A DNA stretch of 64,000 nucleotides, taken from the NCBI GenBank assembly GCA_964016885.1, contig CAXHJY010001041.1:1-64000 (forward strand). Reading direction: 5' to 3'. A program made the position numbers and the translations under genes. Positions 15,112 through 28,691 of the stretch are shown piece by piece (position 1 is the stretch's first letter; every line of letters begins with the position of its first letter). The notes under the pieces were generated by a model. That model did not search any database. It saw nothing but the letters and a program-made list of their open reading frames with translations, and was not told where the DNA came from. This DNA comes from Eledone cirrhosa. Lineage: Eukaryota.

Positions 15112-15501
15112 CTATTATAAATAATGCTATCATATATTTTACTTCCAAACCAAGCTAAATATTCTTTTTCTTGTTTTTCCCCGCTACTCCCAAGAAAAAC
15201 ATATCCAATGAATTTGTTGAATCTATTTAAGACACAGACTTTACAATATGACTTCACAACTGACCCCGAAATTAAAAAGGAAAATTATATTCAGTTCAGT
15301 GTCTTCTGTAATTTCTCAAAGACAAATCACAGCAGAATCATACATTCTTACTGCAGAAAGATTCTCAAATTGGATCAACACAATAAATATATTCGCCATT
15401 CTATTCACAAAAGTGAGTATTTTTCTAAATAGATTTATTACGGAAGGCTTACTGTGTGGCTATTTTTACATTTTGTACTTATAACTTCATTAACTAATTG
15501 T

Positions 15502-15539
<38 letters not shown>

Positions 15540-15559
15540 CTGCACGCTTCAATGTGTTG

Positions 15560-15856
15560 TAAAGGCACGTGGTTTTGGGGTTATGGTGTTGGGGTTGGAT
15601 TCGGAAACCGGGTGGTGTGTTTTCTCTTGAGCAAGACACTTTATTTTCCGTTGTTTCAGCACAAACTAGTTCTGCCTGTAATTTAAAAGGCCTTGTCATA
15701 TATTGTATGCTGCTAACTCTCCCTGAGAACTATGATAAAGGTATCGTTCTGAGTTCAAATCCTGCCGATGTTAGGCTTTACCTTTCATCCTTACAGGGTC
15801 GATAAAATAAAGTACCAGTAATGTACTAGGGTCGATTTAATGACCTTTGCCCTCCA
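15560..15856 (+). mobile_element. Family B-type SINE followed by a family A SINE fragment (15745-15856)
   Basis: CTTGAGCAAGACACTTTATTT CORE-like block, then GTTCAAATCC...CCTTTCATCCTTACAGGGTCG. Confidence 0.7.
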
Positions 15857-16261
15857 CACTGTGGAGTGCTCAGCCAATGAGTATCTGTGTCTGTCATAAT
15901 ATTCAATCTATCACAATGACCATATAAGTGTGTCTACAGATTGATACAGTGGTTTAAATGTTTGGGACTTAACCTCAGGTCTCGAATAATGCCCCCCCCC
16001 CCCCCCCCCCCCCCCCCATCCACTCACCCTGCTTATTAAATTTTAATAATCTCCAGCAAAGTATTATTTTAAGTGGTAGCATTCCTGCGACAATTTTATA
16101 CGTTAAAAAAACATTATACATGACAAAAAAAAAGCCATGGGTCACGACGTAGGGACCCGACCATGGGTCACGACGTAGGGACCCGACCATGGGTCACGGC
16201 CCAGGACAATGGTGGTGATGATGATGATGATTATAGCGAGGACAATGATGATGATAATGGT

Positions 16262-16862
16262 TATAAATAATAATAATAATGAAATTGTGTACAGTGCTCA
16301 GGTGCACTACAACTCATCAAAGGTGCATGTATAGTACATAGAATAATATACAAATGTCAGGAAAGTGAACAGTGTATGAGTCATGATATACATGTGTGTA
16401 TGTGTATGGAGGAGTACATTAGGTGTAGTGTTAGCGAATCTCGGGAAACATGGAGGCCTTAAAGGATGCAGTGTCTCGACAGCTAACAACCAATGCAGGT
16501 AGTTTGTTCCATGCTTCAGCAACTCTGAGCGTGAAAAAATGTTTCTGAAAGTCATGGGAACTGTACTTTTTTCTGACTTTGTGGGCATGCCCATGTGTGT
16601 TAGACACATGGAAATCCAAAAGGTACTCAAGGTTGTTGTTGGCAACATGGTTAACAATTTTGTGGGTGTTTACCAAGTCAGTTGCCAGGCGTCAGAGCTT
16701 CAATGTATCCATGCCCAGGGAAGCAAGGCGTTCAGAGTATGGTAGATCCCTGATGGAGGGTATTCGTTTGGTTGCACGTCTCTGAACAGTTTCCAGGCAG
16801 TCAATGTTCTGAGCAAGATAGGGGTTCCAGACTGGTGATGTAAATTCTAAATGTGGCCGACC
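16262..16862 (-). mobile_element. CR1-clade LINE 3' end (ORF2 C-terminus, 3'UTR, ATT tail)
   Basis: Translates to HLEFTSPVWNPY...LETVQRRATKRIP...YSERL...*RL..DL and HGHAHKV...FFTLRVAEAWNKLP..VV..FK, typical CR1 motifs, with an in-frame stop. Confidence 0.88.
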
Positions 16863-17066
16863 ATAGCTATATACAGCTTATAACGAGGATGATGATGGTG
16901 ATGATGGTGGACGTAAGGGTTGTGGTGATGATGATGATAGTCGTGGTGGCTGTAGATGTCGCCGTCGTTGTGACGATAACAACGACGATGGATATTTTAA
17001 TGGTGGCAATATTTCAGCAAACGATTATTTTATGTCGATAACTTTCTTCTCTCTCTCTCAGACAGA

Positions 17067-18235
17067 TCACCACCACCACCACCATCACCACCACCACCAC
17101 CACCACCACCACCACCATCACCACCACCACCACCATCACCATCACCACCACCACCACCATCACCACCACCACCACCACCACCACCATCACCACCACCACC
17201 ACCACCACCACCACCACCATCACCACCACCACCACCACCACCACCACACCATCACCACACCACCACCACCATCATCACCACCACCACCACCATCATCATC
17301 ACCACCACCATCACCACCACCATCACCCTCACCACCACCACCACCACCATCACCCTCACCACCACCACCACCACCACCACCATCACCATCACCACCACCA
17401 TCACCATCACCATCACCATCACCACCACCACCACCACCATCACCACCACCCCACCACCACCACCATCATCACCACCACCATCACCGCTACCACCACCACC
17501 ACCATCACCACCACCACCACCATCACCACCAACACCATCACCACCATCACCACCTCTACCATCACCACCATCACCACCACTACCATCACCACCACCACCA
17601 TCACCATCATCACCACCACCATCATCACCACCATCATCACCACCATCACCACCACAACCACCACCACCACCACCACCACAACCACCACCATCACCATCAT
17701 CACCACCACCACCATCACCACCACCATCACCACCACCATCATCACCACCACCACCATCATCATCACCACCATCACCACCACTACCACAACCACCACCACC
17801 ACCACCACAACCACCACCACCATCATCATCACCACCACCATCACCACCATCACCTTCACCACCATCACCACCAACATCATCACCACCACCATCATCACCA
17901 CCACCACCATCATCATCACCACCATCACCACCACCACCACAACCCACAACCACCACCACAACCACCACCATCACCACCATCACCATCATCACCACCACCA
18001 TCACCACCACCACCACAACCACCACCACCACCACCACCACCACCATCATCATCACCATCACCACCATCACCTTCACCACCATCACCACCACCATCACCAC
18101 CACCATCATCACCACCACCATCACCATCATCATCACCACCATCACCACCACCACCACAACCACCACAACCACCACAACCACCACCATCACCACCATCACC
18201 ACCACCACCATCACCACCACCACCACCATCATCAG
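17067..18235. repeat. (CAC/CAT)n trinucleotide tract
   Basis: Read directly; source of the poly-His/Pro ORF. Confidence 0.95.
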
Positions 18236-18351
18236 TATAACTAGGATCAGTCATTGATATATTTCCCGCTATTTGAAGTTATCGATTAAAATAAAGATTT
18301 CTTCAATCAATCGATTGTTACTGAAATCGATTGTTTTCTTCCTATATTGAT

Positions 18352-18512
18352 TTCTGATTTAGACACAAAGCCAACAATTTGGGAGGAGGAGAAAGTCAAT
18401 TAGATTGACACCAGTGCATTACTGGTACTTTATTTTATTAGTCCTGTAAAGATGAAAGGCAAAGCTAACCTGGACAGGATTTGAACTCAAAACGTAAAGG
18501 GCCGTAACTATA
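18352..18512 (-). mobile_element. Family A SINE fragment
   Basis: ACTGGTACTTT...GATGAAAGGCAAAG...TTTGAACTC. Confidence 0.8.
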
Positions 18513-18569
18513 TGCCGACATGTTTTTTCCTGTCTTTCTATAACCCTGTTTTTATATATTTGTCTGTCT

Positions 18570-18842
18570 ATGTTTTTATCTGCCAGCCTATAACTTTGTA
18601 TTCCCGTCTTTCTATCTGCCAGCCTATAACTTTGTATTCCCGTCTTTCTATCTGCCAGCCTATAACTTTGTATTCCCGTCTTTCTATCTGCCAGCCTATA
18701 ACTTTGTATTCCCGTCTTTCTATCTGCCAGCCTATAACTTTGTATTCCCGTCTTTCTATCTGCCAGCCTATAACTTTGTATTCCCGTCTTTCTATCTGCC
18801 AGCCTATAACTTTGTATTCCGTCTTTCTATCTGCCAGCCTAT
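18570..18842. repeat. 36-bp minisatellite, about 7.5 copies
   Basis: Unit TTTCTATCTGCCAGCCTATAACTTTGTATTCCCGTC. Confidence 0.93.
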
Positions 18843-19344
18843 ATTGTTGTCTATCTATCCATGTCTGTCTGTCTGCCTTTTTCTATTGAGACGCTCACAT
18901 ACTTGCAGTCAGCCACAAATTAATGAGTCAGCATTAAGACAGTCGTGTCGCTAACGTCCTGGTGAGCACACACACAAACGCACACACCACACCACACCAT
19001 ACATACATACATACATACATACATACATACATACATACATACATACATACATACATACATACATACATACATACATACATACATACATACATACATGAAC
19101 ACGCATTTAAACACATAGGAAGACACGAAGACATAGGAAGATATATATTTCTACTGTTCAAGATGGCGATAGTGCCACAACAATACAGACACGTCTCTCA
19201 TATATTGGACATTCTAAACACGTACACTGTCATTAATCCTGCATTGCCGAAGCACGGTAACCATGTTTATACTAGGCTCATACTTAATATTCCACTCCTA
19301 TTTTATTTGGCAATCATTCACATTCAGATATGTTAAGTAGTCCG

Positions 19345-19560
19345 TGTCGGTCGGCCAGTCCGCCATCTTCTTCGCTGCTCACTTCTACACTCTGTCTGTC
19401 TGTCTGTCTGTCAGCCAGTCCGCCATCTTCCTTGCTGCTCATTTTTACACTCTGTCTGTCGGCCAGTCCGCCATCTTCCTCGCTGCTCACTGTCTATATT
19501 CTGTCTGTCTGTCGGTCGGCCAGTCAGTCCGCCATCTTCCTCGCTGCTCACTGTCTATAT
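19345..19560. repeat. Imperfect tandem repeats, about 4 copies
   Basis: Recurrent GCCAGTCCGCCATCTTCCTCGCTGCTCA. Confidence 0.8.
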
Positions 19561-21322
19561 TCTCATCATACTTGTCACAGTTAAGACATAAGACATCAGT
19601 CCAATAAAAAAAATGACAACAAAACAGTAATAACAACAACAGTAACAACAACGGCAAAAAAAAAAACTCTAACAAAAACAAAATACTCGACTCCTGTCTT
19701 AGAAATGGATTTCTCCATCATAGACAACTCAGAGCAGAATATATATATATATAGTTTTATTTTCTTGTTTCAATAGGAACTGTAACGCTATTTTGGATGC
19801 ACGACTGATCTGATGAAACCTTCCACCATTTTTCTTTTTATCTTTTTCACTTCATTTAAAATATTTTTGTTTCTAGTAGGGAAAAAAAGATAGAATCAAA
19901 TAGCTGCGTTGCTTCCTCGACTTCTGGCAGGTGTTAATTATACTAGCTGTTGTTGTTGTCTAACATTTGTGATACAAAACACCTTTGAATTTCACCTTGT
20001 TCTACCAATCCAAACTGTTTGTTTTAAAGTGTTTCTGCTTATCCAAAACCCTTCTGTCATAATTTTGTATAAGAACCTTTGTTGAGTTATGTCCCAAACA
20101 CCAAATAAATAAATGAGAGTTAATTATTTCACTAAATCCTTCCAAATTCTTGATTATTTTCAAAATTAATTGAGGATTACACCCGTCTCTTATTAAAAAC
20201 AATGATAAACGGATGAACCCTTTTGATATCAAGCCACCTGAAACTACCCCAGGTTCAATGGTACAAACCTTTATTTCTAGATATTTATGTTTACGTAAAA
20301 ACCTTCCATTTTCTTTCGTTGCCTAATAGTCCTTCCTCTTTCCCTCCTATTGTTCTAATTTATAGCATTTATAGTCCTCTCCTTTACTTTCCTATACAGC
20401 CAGATCTGCCCTTCCCCTTGTTTTTCTTTAACTATATATGATAATTAGTTTTATAGAAGAAGCTTGAAACTTTAAGTTATGTTCCAAACACCAACTTAAT
20501 CATGAGAAAGTTTTCTATTAAAAGGGTTAAACAACAGCAGCAGATATTGGTCCTTTAATATTTTACACTGAAAGTATGCAGAAATGTTAGAGGTTGCTTG
20601 AGTGTTTCAATGAAAAGAGCCACGTCCTATAATGTCCTAGGTTTTCTGGTAGTAGGAGGCGAAGTAGGAACAGAGCCAGAATACATAGCAAAAGATATCT
20701 CGTTCGACGCTCCAACAATTCCATTAATCCATCATTCTGGACTGCTACTTTAACGAGCATTCCACACACTCACTCACACACACACACACACACACTCACT
20801 CACTCACTCACTCACTCACTCACTCACTCACTCACTCACTCACTCACTCACTCACTCACTCACTCACACACTCTATTTTAACGACATATACTTTATTTAT
20901 CAACCCCGAAGAGATTAAAGACAAAGTTGAACTAAGTTTTAACTAAGAACAGAGAGAAGTACAAGAAACATCACGAAATATTCTGTTACTCCACCAACTC
21001 TGCCAATTCTCACATTAACTGGCAACAGAGAATAATTTAAGTAATTTACTGGGTGAAAGTTAAATAGAATGAAGAACTCCTTGATATCATCAATACAATA
21101 TATTGGGGATTGTCCTCGACTGAGCCAACTAATTATATATCAGAGAATGGTAACGAATGAGTTCTTCAACATGATGGAATCTATCTTTTACACATCTTTA
21201 TCAAATTTTATTTGGCCGAATCTTCGTCTAATTAATTGTTTTTCACGTTTGTTTTTTGTTGCTTTTTCTCAATGGCAAACAATTGGAGTTGAGTTGAAGA
21301 ACATTCAATACCTTCAGTGTTT

Positions 21323-21533
21323 TCTACTACTACTGCTGCTGCTACTACTACTACTGCTGCTGCTACTACTACTGCTGCCGCTATTACTACTACCACTACT
21401 GGTGCTACTACTACTGCTACTACTACTGCTGCTGCTGCTGCTACTACTACTACTACTGGTGCTGCTACTACTACTGCTGCTACTACTACTACTACTGCTG
21501 CTACTACTGGTGCTACTATTGCTGCTGCTGTTG

Positions 21534-21590
<57 letters not shown>

Positions 21591-21660
21591 TCGCCGCCGC
21601 CGCCACTACAACAATCGCAGCAACCACCACCACCACCACCACCACCACTACTGCTGCTGT
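21323..21660. repeat. (CTA/CTG)n trinucleotide tract
   Basis: Read directly. Confidence 0.85.
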
Positions 21661-21772
21661 TTCTTTTCGTTGTTTAATCCTGTGATATTGTTTCTGTTGT
21701 TGGTTCTTCAAAGAACCGACTTGCGTGACAATAATTTTTAGCTACCAAGGTCAATTGAAAGACATAAATCTT

Positions 21773-22187
21773 TTAATACGGAAGCTTGAGCCACCTTGTT
21801 AATACGGAAGCTTGAGCTACCTTGTTAATACGGAAGCTTGAGCCACCTTGTTAATACGGAAGCTTGAGCTACCTTGTTAATACGGAAGCTTGAGCTACCT
21901 TGTTAATACGGAAGCTTGAGCCACCTTGTTAATACGGAAGCTTGAGCTACCTTGTTAATACGGAAGCTTGAGCTACCTTGTTAATACGGAGCTTGAGCCA
22001 CCTTGTTAATACGGAAGCTTGAGCTACCTTGTTAATACGGAAGCTTGAGCTACCTTGTTAATACGGAAGCTTGAGCTACCTTGTTAATACGGAAGCTTGA
22101 GCCACCTTGTTAATACGGAAGCTTGAGCTACCTTGTTAATACGGAAGCTTGAGCTACCTTGTTAATACGGAAGCTTGAGCTACCTTG
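21773..22187. repeat. 26-bp minisatellite, about 16 copies
   Basis: Unit TTAATACGGAAGCTTGAGC(C/T)ACCTTG. Confidence 0.95.
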
Positions 22188-22334
22188 CGAATCCAAGTAA
22201 TTCGAACGTGATTCTAGTCTAGTGAACATTTTCTTTAAATCTTCAGTGTCACATTCGATATTCAAGACTTTATAGTTTGTATTTTCACTTAGATTCAAAA
22301 TACAAATTCATCAATCATTTGTGACTTGGGTATT

Positions 22335-22755
22335 GCTGGATTCCTATTACACCTGGAGTTGGTGGATGTAGACCAAGGGGTCAGAGAATGACATCGTTAT
22401 AATCTCACAGTTCCGAGATGGTAAAACCCTTATCTGGGATGTAACATGTTGAGATACTCTTTCCAGCAGCAACACGGTCAATTCAGCGACAGACCCAGGT
22501 TTTTTGGTGCCTGACAAACTGAAGATCGCAGGATTTTGAATTACTGACCGCTTTCCGGTAGATTTATCATTGAGCTTAGAAAGTGGTGAAAACTTCTGGT
22601 GTACTTCTCGTGACCTGAGACCCGGAACAATTTCTCTACTTACTATTATCAGGATGAAGTTGAAAACCCACAAGAAAGAGTCCCACGAGTTGGAATGGTT
22701 TTTTCAACACCTTTCCCTTGCTACCCCCCGGGGTAAAGGTTTTTCAATTCTGTCC
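22335..22755 (+). mobile_element. Decayed restriction-like-endonuclease non-LTR retrotransposon C-terminus (CRE-like)
   Basis: FRDGKTLIWDVTC*DT resembles the GK.L.WD.T..DT motif, and WFFQHLSLATPRGKGFSIL resembles the FQRLS.A.QRGN..SIL end. Stops and frameshifts present. Confidence 0.65.
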
Positions 22756-22959
22756 GCTAGACCTTCAGGCAACACCCATCTGAGGTCCTGCACGTCAGAT
22801 CGAACGAACAAAAGAACATGATAACCTTTCGTTGACTGGTTGGTGCTGTTACCGTTGGCCACTACATACACATATACACAACCTAGTGCTAAATAATCAT
22901 TAGTTCTAATGATCTATAAAGTATTTATAAGTCGTTTATCTCCTGGAGATGAGGGTTGC

Positions 22960-23132
22960 ACATTTTTTCGGGGGTATGTGTTACCCATATGAACTGTCTC
23001 CCCCTATTGGGGAAAATCGACTAATTTTTTAAATTGCATTTGTGATAACATTTTACACGTTTTTATTGTATGTAAACTTCCCCCTTTGTATTTGTCCCTT
23101 TCTTTTGTGCCCCTGTGGCTAATAAAGAAACA

Positions 23133-23186
<54 letters not shown>

Positions 23187-23187
23187 G
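22960..23187 (+). mobile_element. Probable L1/Tx1-type 3'UTR with AATAAA and (TATC)n tail
   Basis: T-rich segment ending GCTAATAAAGAAACA+(TATC)n. Confidence 0.45.
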
Positions 23188-23189
23188 TC

Positions 23190-23450
23190 TATGCACAGCA
23201 GCCGCATCTGCTCTAGGGTCAAGGTGAACGGCTACCTCTCGGAGCCGTTCAAAATCGCGCGGTCCATCCGACAAGGGTGCCCTCTCTCCTCCCTTCTGTA
23301 TGTGTTGACTCTAGAGCCACTACTGCGGAAGTTGGAGTTGTTGCCGGGCATCCCTTTGGAACCGGGATTGCAGAAAGCGGTGTCGGCCTACGCCGATGAC
23401 GTGACAGTAATGGTGTCGACGGCCTCGGAAATCGGGGCGGTCGGCACCTT
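23190..23450 (+). mobile_element. L1/Tx1-clade reverse transcriptase fragment
   Basis: VKVNGYLSEPF...RQGCPLSSLLYVLTLEPLL...SAYADDVT (RT motifs including YADD). Confidence 0.9.
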
Positions 23451-23598
23451 ACTCTCACTCTCTCTCTCTCTCTCCCTCTCTCTCACTCTCACTCTCTCTC
23501 ACTCTCACTCTCTCACCCTCTCTCTCACTCTCTCACTCTCTCATTCCCTCACCCTCTCTCTCACTCTCTCACCCTCTCTCTCTCTCACCCTCTCTCTC

Positions 23599-23634
<36 letters not shown>

Positions 23635-23704
23635 TCTCTCTCTCTCTCTCTCTCACCCTCTCTCTCTCACTCTCTCTCTCACCCTCTCTCTCACCCTCTC
23701 TCTC

Positions 23705-23790
<86 letters not shown>

Positions 23791-24297
23791 TCACTCTCTC
23801 TCTCACTCACTCACTCACTCACTCTATATATATATATTCTCTCTCAATATGTCATTTTCTCTGTCCCTTTCTATCTCCCTTTTTCTCTATCGATTTGATC
23901 TCTACCTCTCTTTCTTTCCTCTTCTCCCTTCTCCCCCCTCCCCCTCCCCCTCCCCACTTCTCTCTATGTGATACATTGACTTAGATTAACATTTTATTGT
24001 ACAGTATTAACTTAGAAAGTCATCTTCTTCGTGATCAGATTGAGAAGAGAGAGAAATTAGGTTGTTGTTCGTTCGGCTCATCTCCGTCCTTTCCTTTTTA
24101 TTGTCTTCTCACCGGAAATTAACATAGAAATCACCAGGCCATCGGAAGTTGTTCTTTTAGCTCTAAAGTGATTTAATGAGAAGCATAATATTGTTAGTTG
24201 CTTAAAAACTAACTGATCTAAACTGAAGAACTGCACACGTACACACACACGCACACGCACGCACACACACACACGCACACGCACGCACACACACACA

Positions 24298-24380
<83 letters not shown>

Positions 24381-24857
24381 CTAAGGGAGATAATTAGATG
24401 GATTAGATGAAAGATTGTTAGTGAAATGCAATTGGGTGCTGGTTAACAGGGGATAGAGCTAAAAATGTTTGTAGAATACAAGTGAGAAAATGTTAGCGGG
24501 ATATGAGTGTGTAGGTTACCACTGAGATATTGTAACATAAAGCTAGATTACAAGCGAGTGATCGTTCTTGGCATACAAATGGAATACAGAATTTACCTTC
24601 TAGCTACCAACAAGTAGATCTTTCGTCCGAAATATTGTCAGATGTGGCTGACATCTTTGCTTTTGCTTCTATATATATATTTTTCTATTTTCTTTTTTCT
24701 TTTTCTTTTTTCTTTTTTTCTTTTTCTTTTTTTCTTTTTTCATTCTTTTTTCTTTTTTCTTTTTTCTTTTTTCTTTTTTCTTTTTTCTTTTTTCTTTTTT
24801 CTTTTTTCTTTTTTCTTTTTAACTTCTTTTGTAAAGTGACGAAATAGTGTATTGTTA

Positions 24858-24914
<57 letters not shown>

Positions 24915-25120
24915 GGGCGGTGGATTGGCAGAATCGGTAGAGAGTCGGCCAACACGCCTTGTGGCATAGTTACGGCCCTGTGCGTTCAAATCCAGCCGAA
25001 GTTAGCTTTACCTTTCATCCTTACGGGATCGATAAAATAAAGTACCAGTAACGCACTGGGTCGATTTAATCAACTTTCCTCTCATTCACAATTGTTGGCC
25101 TTGTACCTAAATCAGAAACC
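24915..25120 (+). mobile_element. Full-length family A SINE
   Basis: GGGCGGTGGATTGGCAGAATCGG...GTTCAAATCC...CCTTTCATCC. Confidence 0.9.
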
Positions 25121-25141
25121 ATTATTATATTCTGTTTAATT

Positions 25142-25212
25142 ACCGGGTCGATAAAATAAAGTACCAGTAATACACTGGGATAATTGCTGGCCTTGTGCCA
25201 AAAGTAGAATCA
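25142..25212 (+). mobile_element. 5'-truncated family A SINE with 21-bp TSD
   Basis: ATTATTATATTCTGTTTAATT at 25121-25141 and 25213-25233. Confidence 0.8.
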
Positions 25213-25312
25213 ATTATTATATTCTGTTTAATTTCGCCAGAATTGTAAACGTGTGAACTGTTGTTATTGTCACTGTCCCCCCCCCTTTTATGGCGCTGTT
25301 TCTAAGGTAGTC

Positions 25313-25409
<97 letters not shown>

Positions 25410-25555
25410 TGTTGCAGCGAATTTCGTAACTCTTCTCTATCTCCTCCTAAGCGTGATACTAATAGGACTTTGTGTTGTCATTTATTTAACTGTCTGTGTG
25501 TGTACGTGCGTATTCAGTCAGGCTATATATATATGTGTGTATGTGTGTGTGTATG

Positions 25556-25826
25556 TGGAGGCACGTGGCCTAGTGGTAAGGGTGTTGGACTTACGATCAT
25601 AATGTCGTGGATTCGATTCCTGGGTTGTGTGTTGTGTTCTTGAGCAAAACACTTCATTTCACGTTGCTCCAGTATACTCTGAGTACCAGCAATAGCTGGA
25701 GGTTTAACCCTGCGATGGACTGGCGTCCTGTCCAAGGGGCGGGGGGTCTTGTATTCTCTGTCACTTCACGCCACAAAACCGGGATAAGCACTGACCAAAT
25801 GAGACTTCTGGCTTAAGACAAACTTT
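25556..25826 (+). mobile_element. Family B SINE (tRNA head, CORE-like, Meta-like domain)
   Basis: GGCCTAGTGG A box, TTCGATTCC B box, GTGTTCTTGAGCAAAACACTT and AACCCTGCGATGGACTGG...CCGGGATAAGC. Confidence 0.85.
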
Positions 25827-25849
25827 AGACTTAGATAGATAGATAGATA

Positions 25850-25920
<71 letters not shown>

Positions 25921-26554
25921 TGTGTGTGTGTGTGTGTGCGAGCGAGCGAGCGCGCGCGTGTAATTATTTAAAAAGAATAGTCAGGTAATCAACTTTTGAA
26001 AATACATTTCATGAGATAATATAAACAATATTAGATAAACAACAACATATATCTTACAAATTGTGCATGATATGCAAAATAAAACATGCAGAAAGATGAA
26101 AGGCAATTAAAAATTAATTACCCGTTTCTAGATAAAGAATTCTAGAGAGAAGGGGGAACAAAGAAAGCAGCTGTTTTAATATCATAGAAATGGGGAAAAG
26201 ATAGTGTGTTGTTCCCTCTTTCCCACACTAAGATGTCGACATTGACTTACAAGTTGTTCATCATATCTCCAGACATCATCTTCTGGACACTCACCCTCAA
26301 CAAACAGATGGCTCCTTACACCACCACCTCCCAGTCTCCATCCTATTTAATTGCTTCTTGTGCCAACAGCTCCCCACCAGTCGATAACCGTTGACAGCTC
26401 AGGGAATATCGTTTAGGTGGCTCTGAGCCGCCTCACACAATAACACATGTCACTATAGTTTTAACTTCTTAACTTCTCGTCAACAATTCTCAATTGTATT
26501 GCAATGAATTGGTGGCGTGCGTCACACTTCCAGAGGCATGTATAAGTCCAAATC

Positions 26555-26594
<40 letters not shown>

Positions 26595-26769
26595 CGCACA
26601 CACACACACACACACAGCAATGGCATGTCCAGCATTTTAAATGAATCTATAGTCCTGTAGCTACTAATGGAGTCGTAGTGGCGCCATGTTGACGTTTCTA
26701 GGGTATTTTCTTTTTTTAAACCTGGTGGAGTCCATCCCCTCTCCAGGTCTGAATACACCAGATTTCTTC

Positions 26770-28691
26770 CAGAGTGAGAGAGAGAAAGTGAGAGATGTAG
26801 AGGAAGAATCTACCCTAGTAGAAGACTGGTACTTCTTTTTATCGACCTCGAATCTATCAGACGTTCTAACCACTCTACCATTCTATCAGACGTTCTAACA
26901 ACTCTACCATACTATCTGACGTTCTAACCACTCTACCATTCTATCAGACGTTCTAACCTCTCTACCATTCTATCTGACGTTCTAACAACTCTACCATTCA
27001 TCTGACGTTCTAACAACTCTACCATTCATCAGACGTTCTAACAACTCTACCATTCTATCAGACGTTCTAACCTCTCTACCATTCTATCTGACGTTCGAAC
27101 CACTCTACCATTCATCAGACGTTCTAACCACTCTACCATTCTATCTGACGTTCTAACAACTCTACCATTCATCAGACGTTCTAACAACTCTACCATTCTA
27201 TCTGACGTTCTAACCACACTACCATTCTATCTGACGTTTTAACGACTCTACCATACTATCTGACGTTCTAACCACCCTACCATTCTATCTGACGTTCTAA
27301 CCACTCTACCATTCTATCAGACGTTCTAACCTCTCTACCATTCTATCAGACGTTCTAAGCACTCTACCATTCTATCTGACGTTCTAACCACTCTACCATT
27401 CTATCAGACGTTCTAACCACTCTACCATTCTATCTGACGTTCTAACCACTCTACCATTCTATCTGACGTTCTAACCTCTCTACCATTCTATCTGACGTTC
27501 TAACCACTCTACCATTTTATCTGACGTTCTAACCTCTCTACCATTCTATCTGACGTTCTAACCACTCTACCACTCTATCTGACGTTCTAACCTCTCTCAC
27601 CACTCTACCATTCTATCTGACGTTCTAATGACCCTGCCATTCTATCTGACATTCGAACCACTCTACCATTCTATCAGACGTTCTAACCTCTCTACCATTC
27701 TATCAGACGTTCTAACAACTCTATCATTCTATCAGACGTTCTAACAACTCTACCATTCTATCTGACGTTCTAACCACTCTACGATTCTATCTGACGTTCT
27801 AACCACACTACCATTCTAAGTGACGTTCTAACCACTCTACCATTCTATCTGACGTTCTAACCACTCTACCATACTATCTGACGTTCTAACCACCCTACCA
27901 TTCTATCTGACGTTCTAACCACTCTACCATTCTATCAGACGTTCTAACCTCTCTACCATTCTATCAGACGTTCTAAGCACTCTACCATTCTATCTGACGT
28001 TCTAACCACTCTACCATTCTATCAGACGTTCTAACCACTCTACCATTCTATCTGACGTTCTAACCACTCTACCATTCTATCTGACGTTCTAACCTCTCTA
28101 CCATTCTATCTGACGTTCTAACCACTCTACCATTTTATCTGACGTTCTAACCTCTCTACCATTCTATCTGACGTTCTAACCTCTCTACCATTCTATCTGA
28201 CGTTCTAACCACTCTACCACTCGATCTGACGTTCTAACCTCTCTCACCACTCTACCATTCTATCTGACGTTCTAATGACCCTGCCATTCTATCTGACATT
28301 CGAACCACTCTACCATTCTATCAGACGTTCTAACCTCTCTACCATTCTATCAGACGTTCTAACAACTCTATCATTCTATCAGACGTTCTAACAACTCTAC
28401 CATTCTATCTGACGTTCTAACCACTCTACGATTCTATCTGACGTTCTAACCACACTACCATTCTATCTGACGTTCTAACCACTCTACCATTCTATCTGAC
28501 GTTCTAACCACTCTACCATTCAATCTGACGTTCTAACCACTCTACCATTCTATCTGACGTTCTAACCACTCTACCATTCAATCTGACGTTCTAACCTCTC
28601 TACCATTCTATCTGACGTTCTAACCACTCTACCATTCTATCTGATGTTTTAACCACTCTGCCATTCTAACGACTCTCACAATTCGCCGCCC
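26770..28691 (-). mobile_element. Family A SINE expanded internally by a tandem array
   Basis: SINE 3' part at 26770-26850; SINE 5' start (reverse complement GGGCGGCGAATTG) at 28679-28691. Confidence 0.75.
26851..28670. repeat. 29-bp minisatellite derived from the SINE A-box region, about 60 copies
   Basis: Unit reverse complement TGGTAGAGTGGTTAGAACGTCAGATAGAA versus SINE head at 3810 TGGCAGAGTGGTTAGAACGTCAGATGGAA. Confidence 0.93.

Noticed and set aside
17032-18240. Poly-His/Pro extensin-like ORF
   Set aside because: Pure CAC/CAT microsatellite.
19810-19822. CTGATGAAAC hammerhead-like core
   Set aside because: No stems can be formed around it.
21317-21685. Mucin-like Thr/Ala ORF
   Set aside because: Trinucleotide tract with no supported splice sites.
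21773-22187. CRISPR-like periodicity (also 26851-28670 and 44724-45488)
   Set aside because: Units are contiguous with no unique spacers, there are no cas genes, and the context is eukaryotic.
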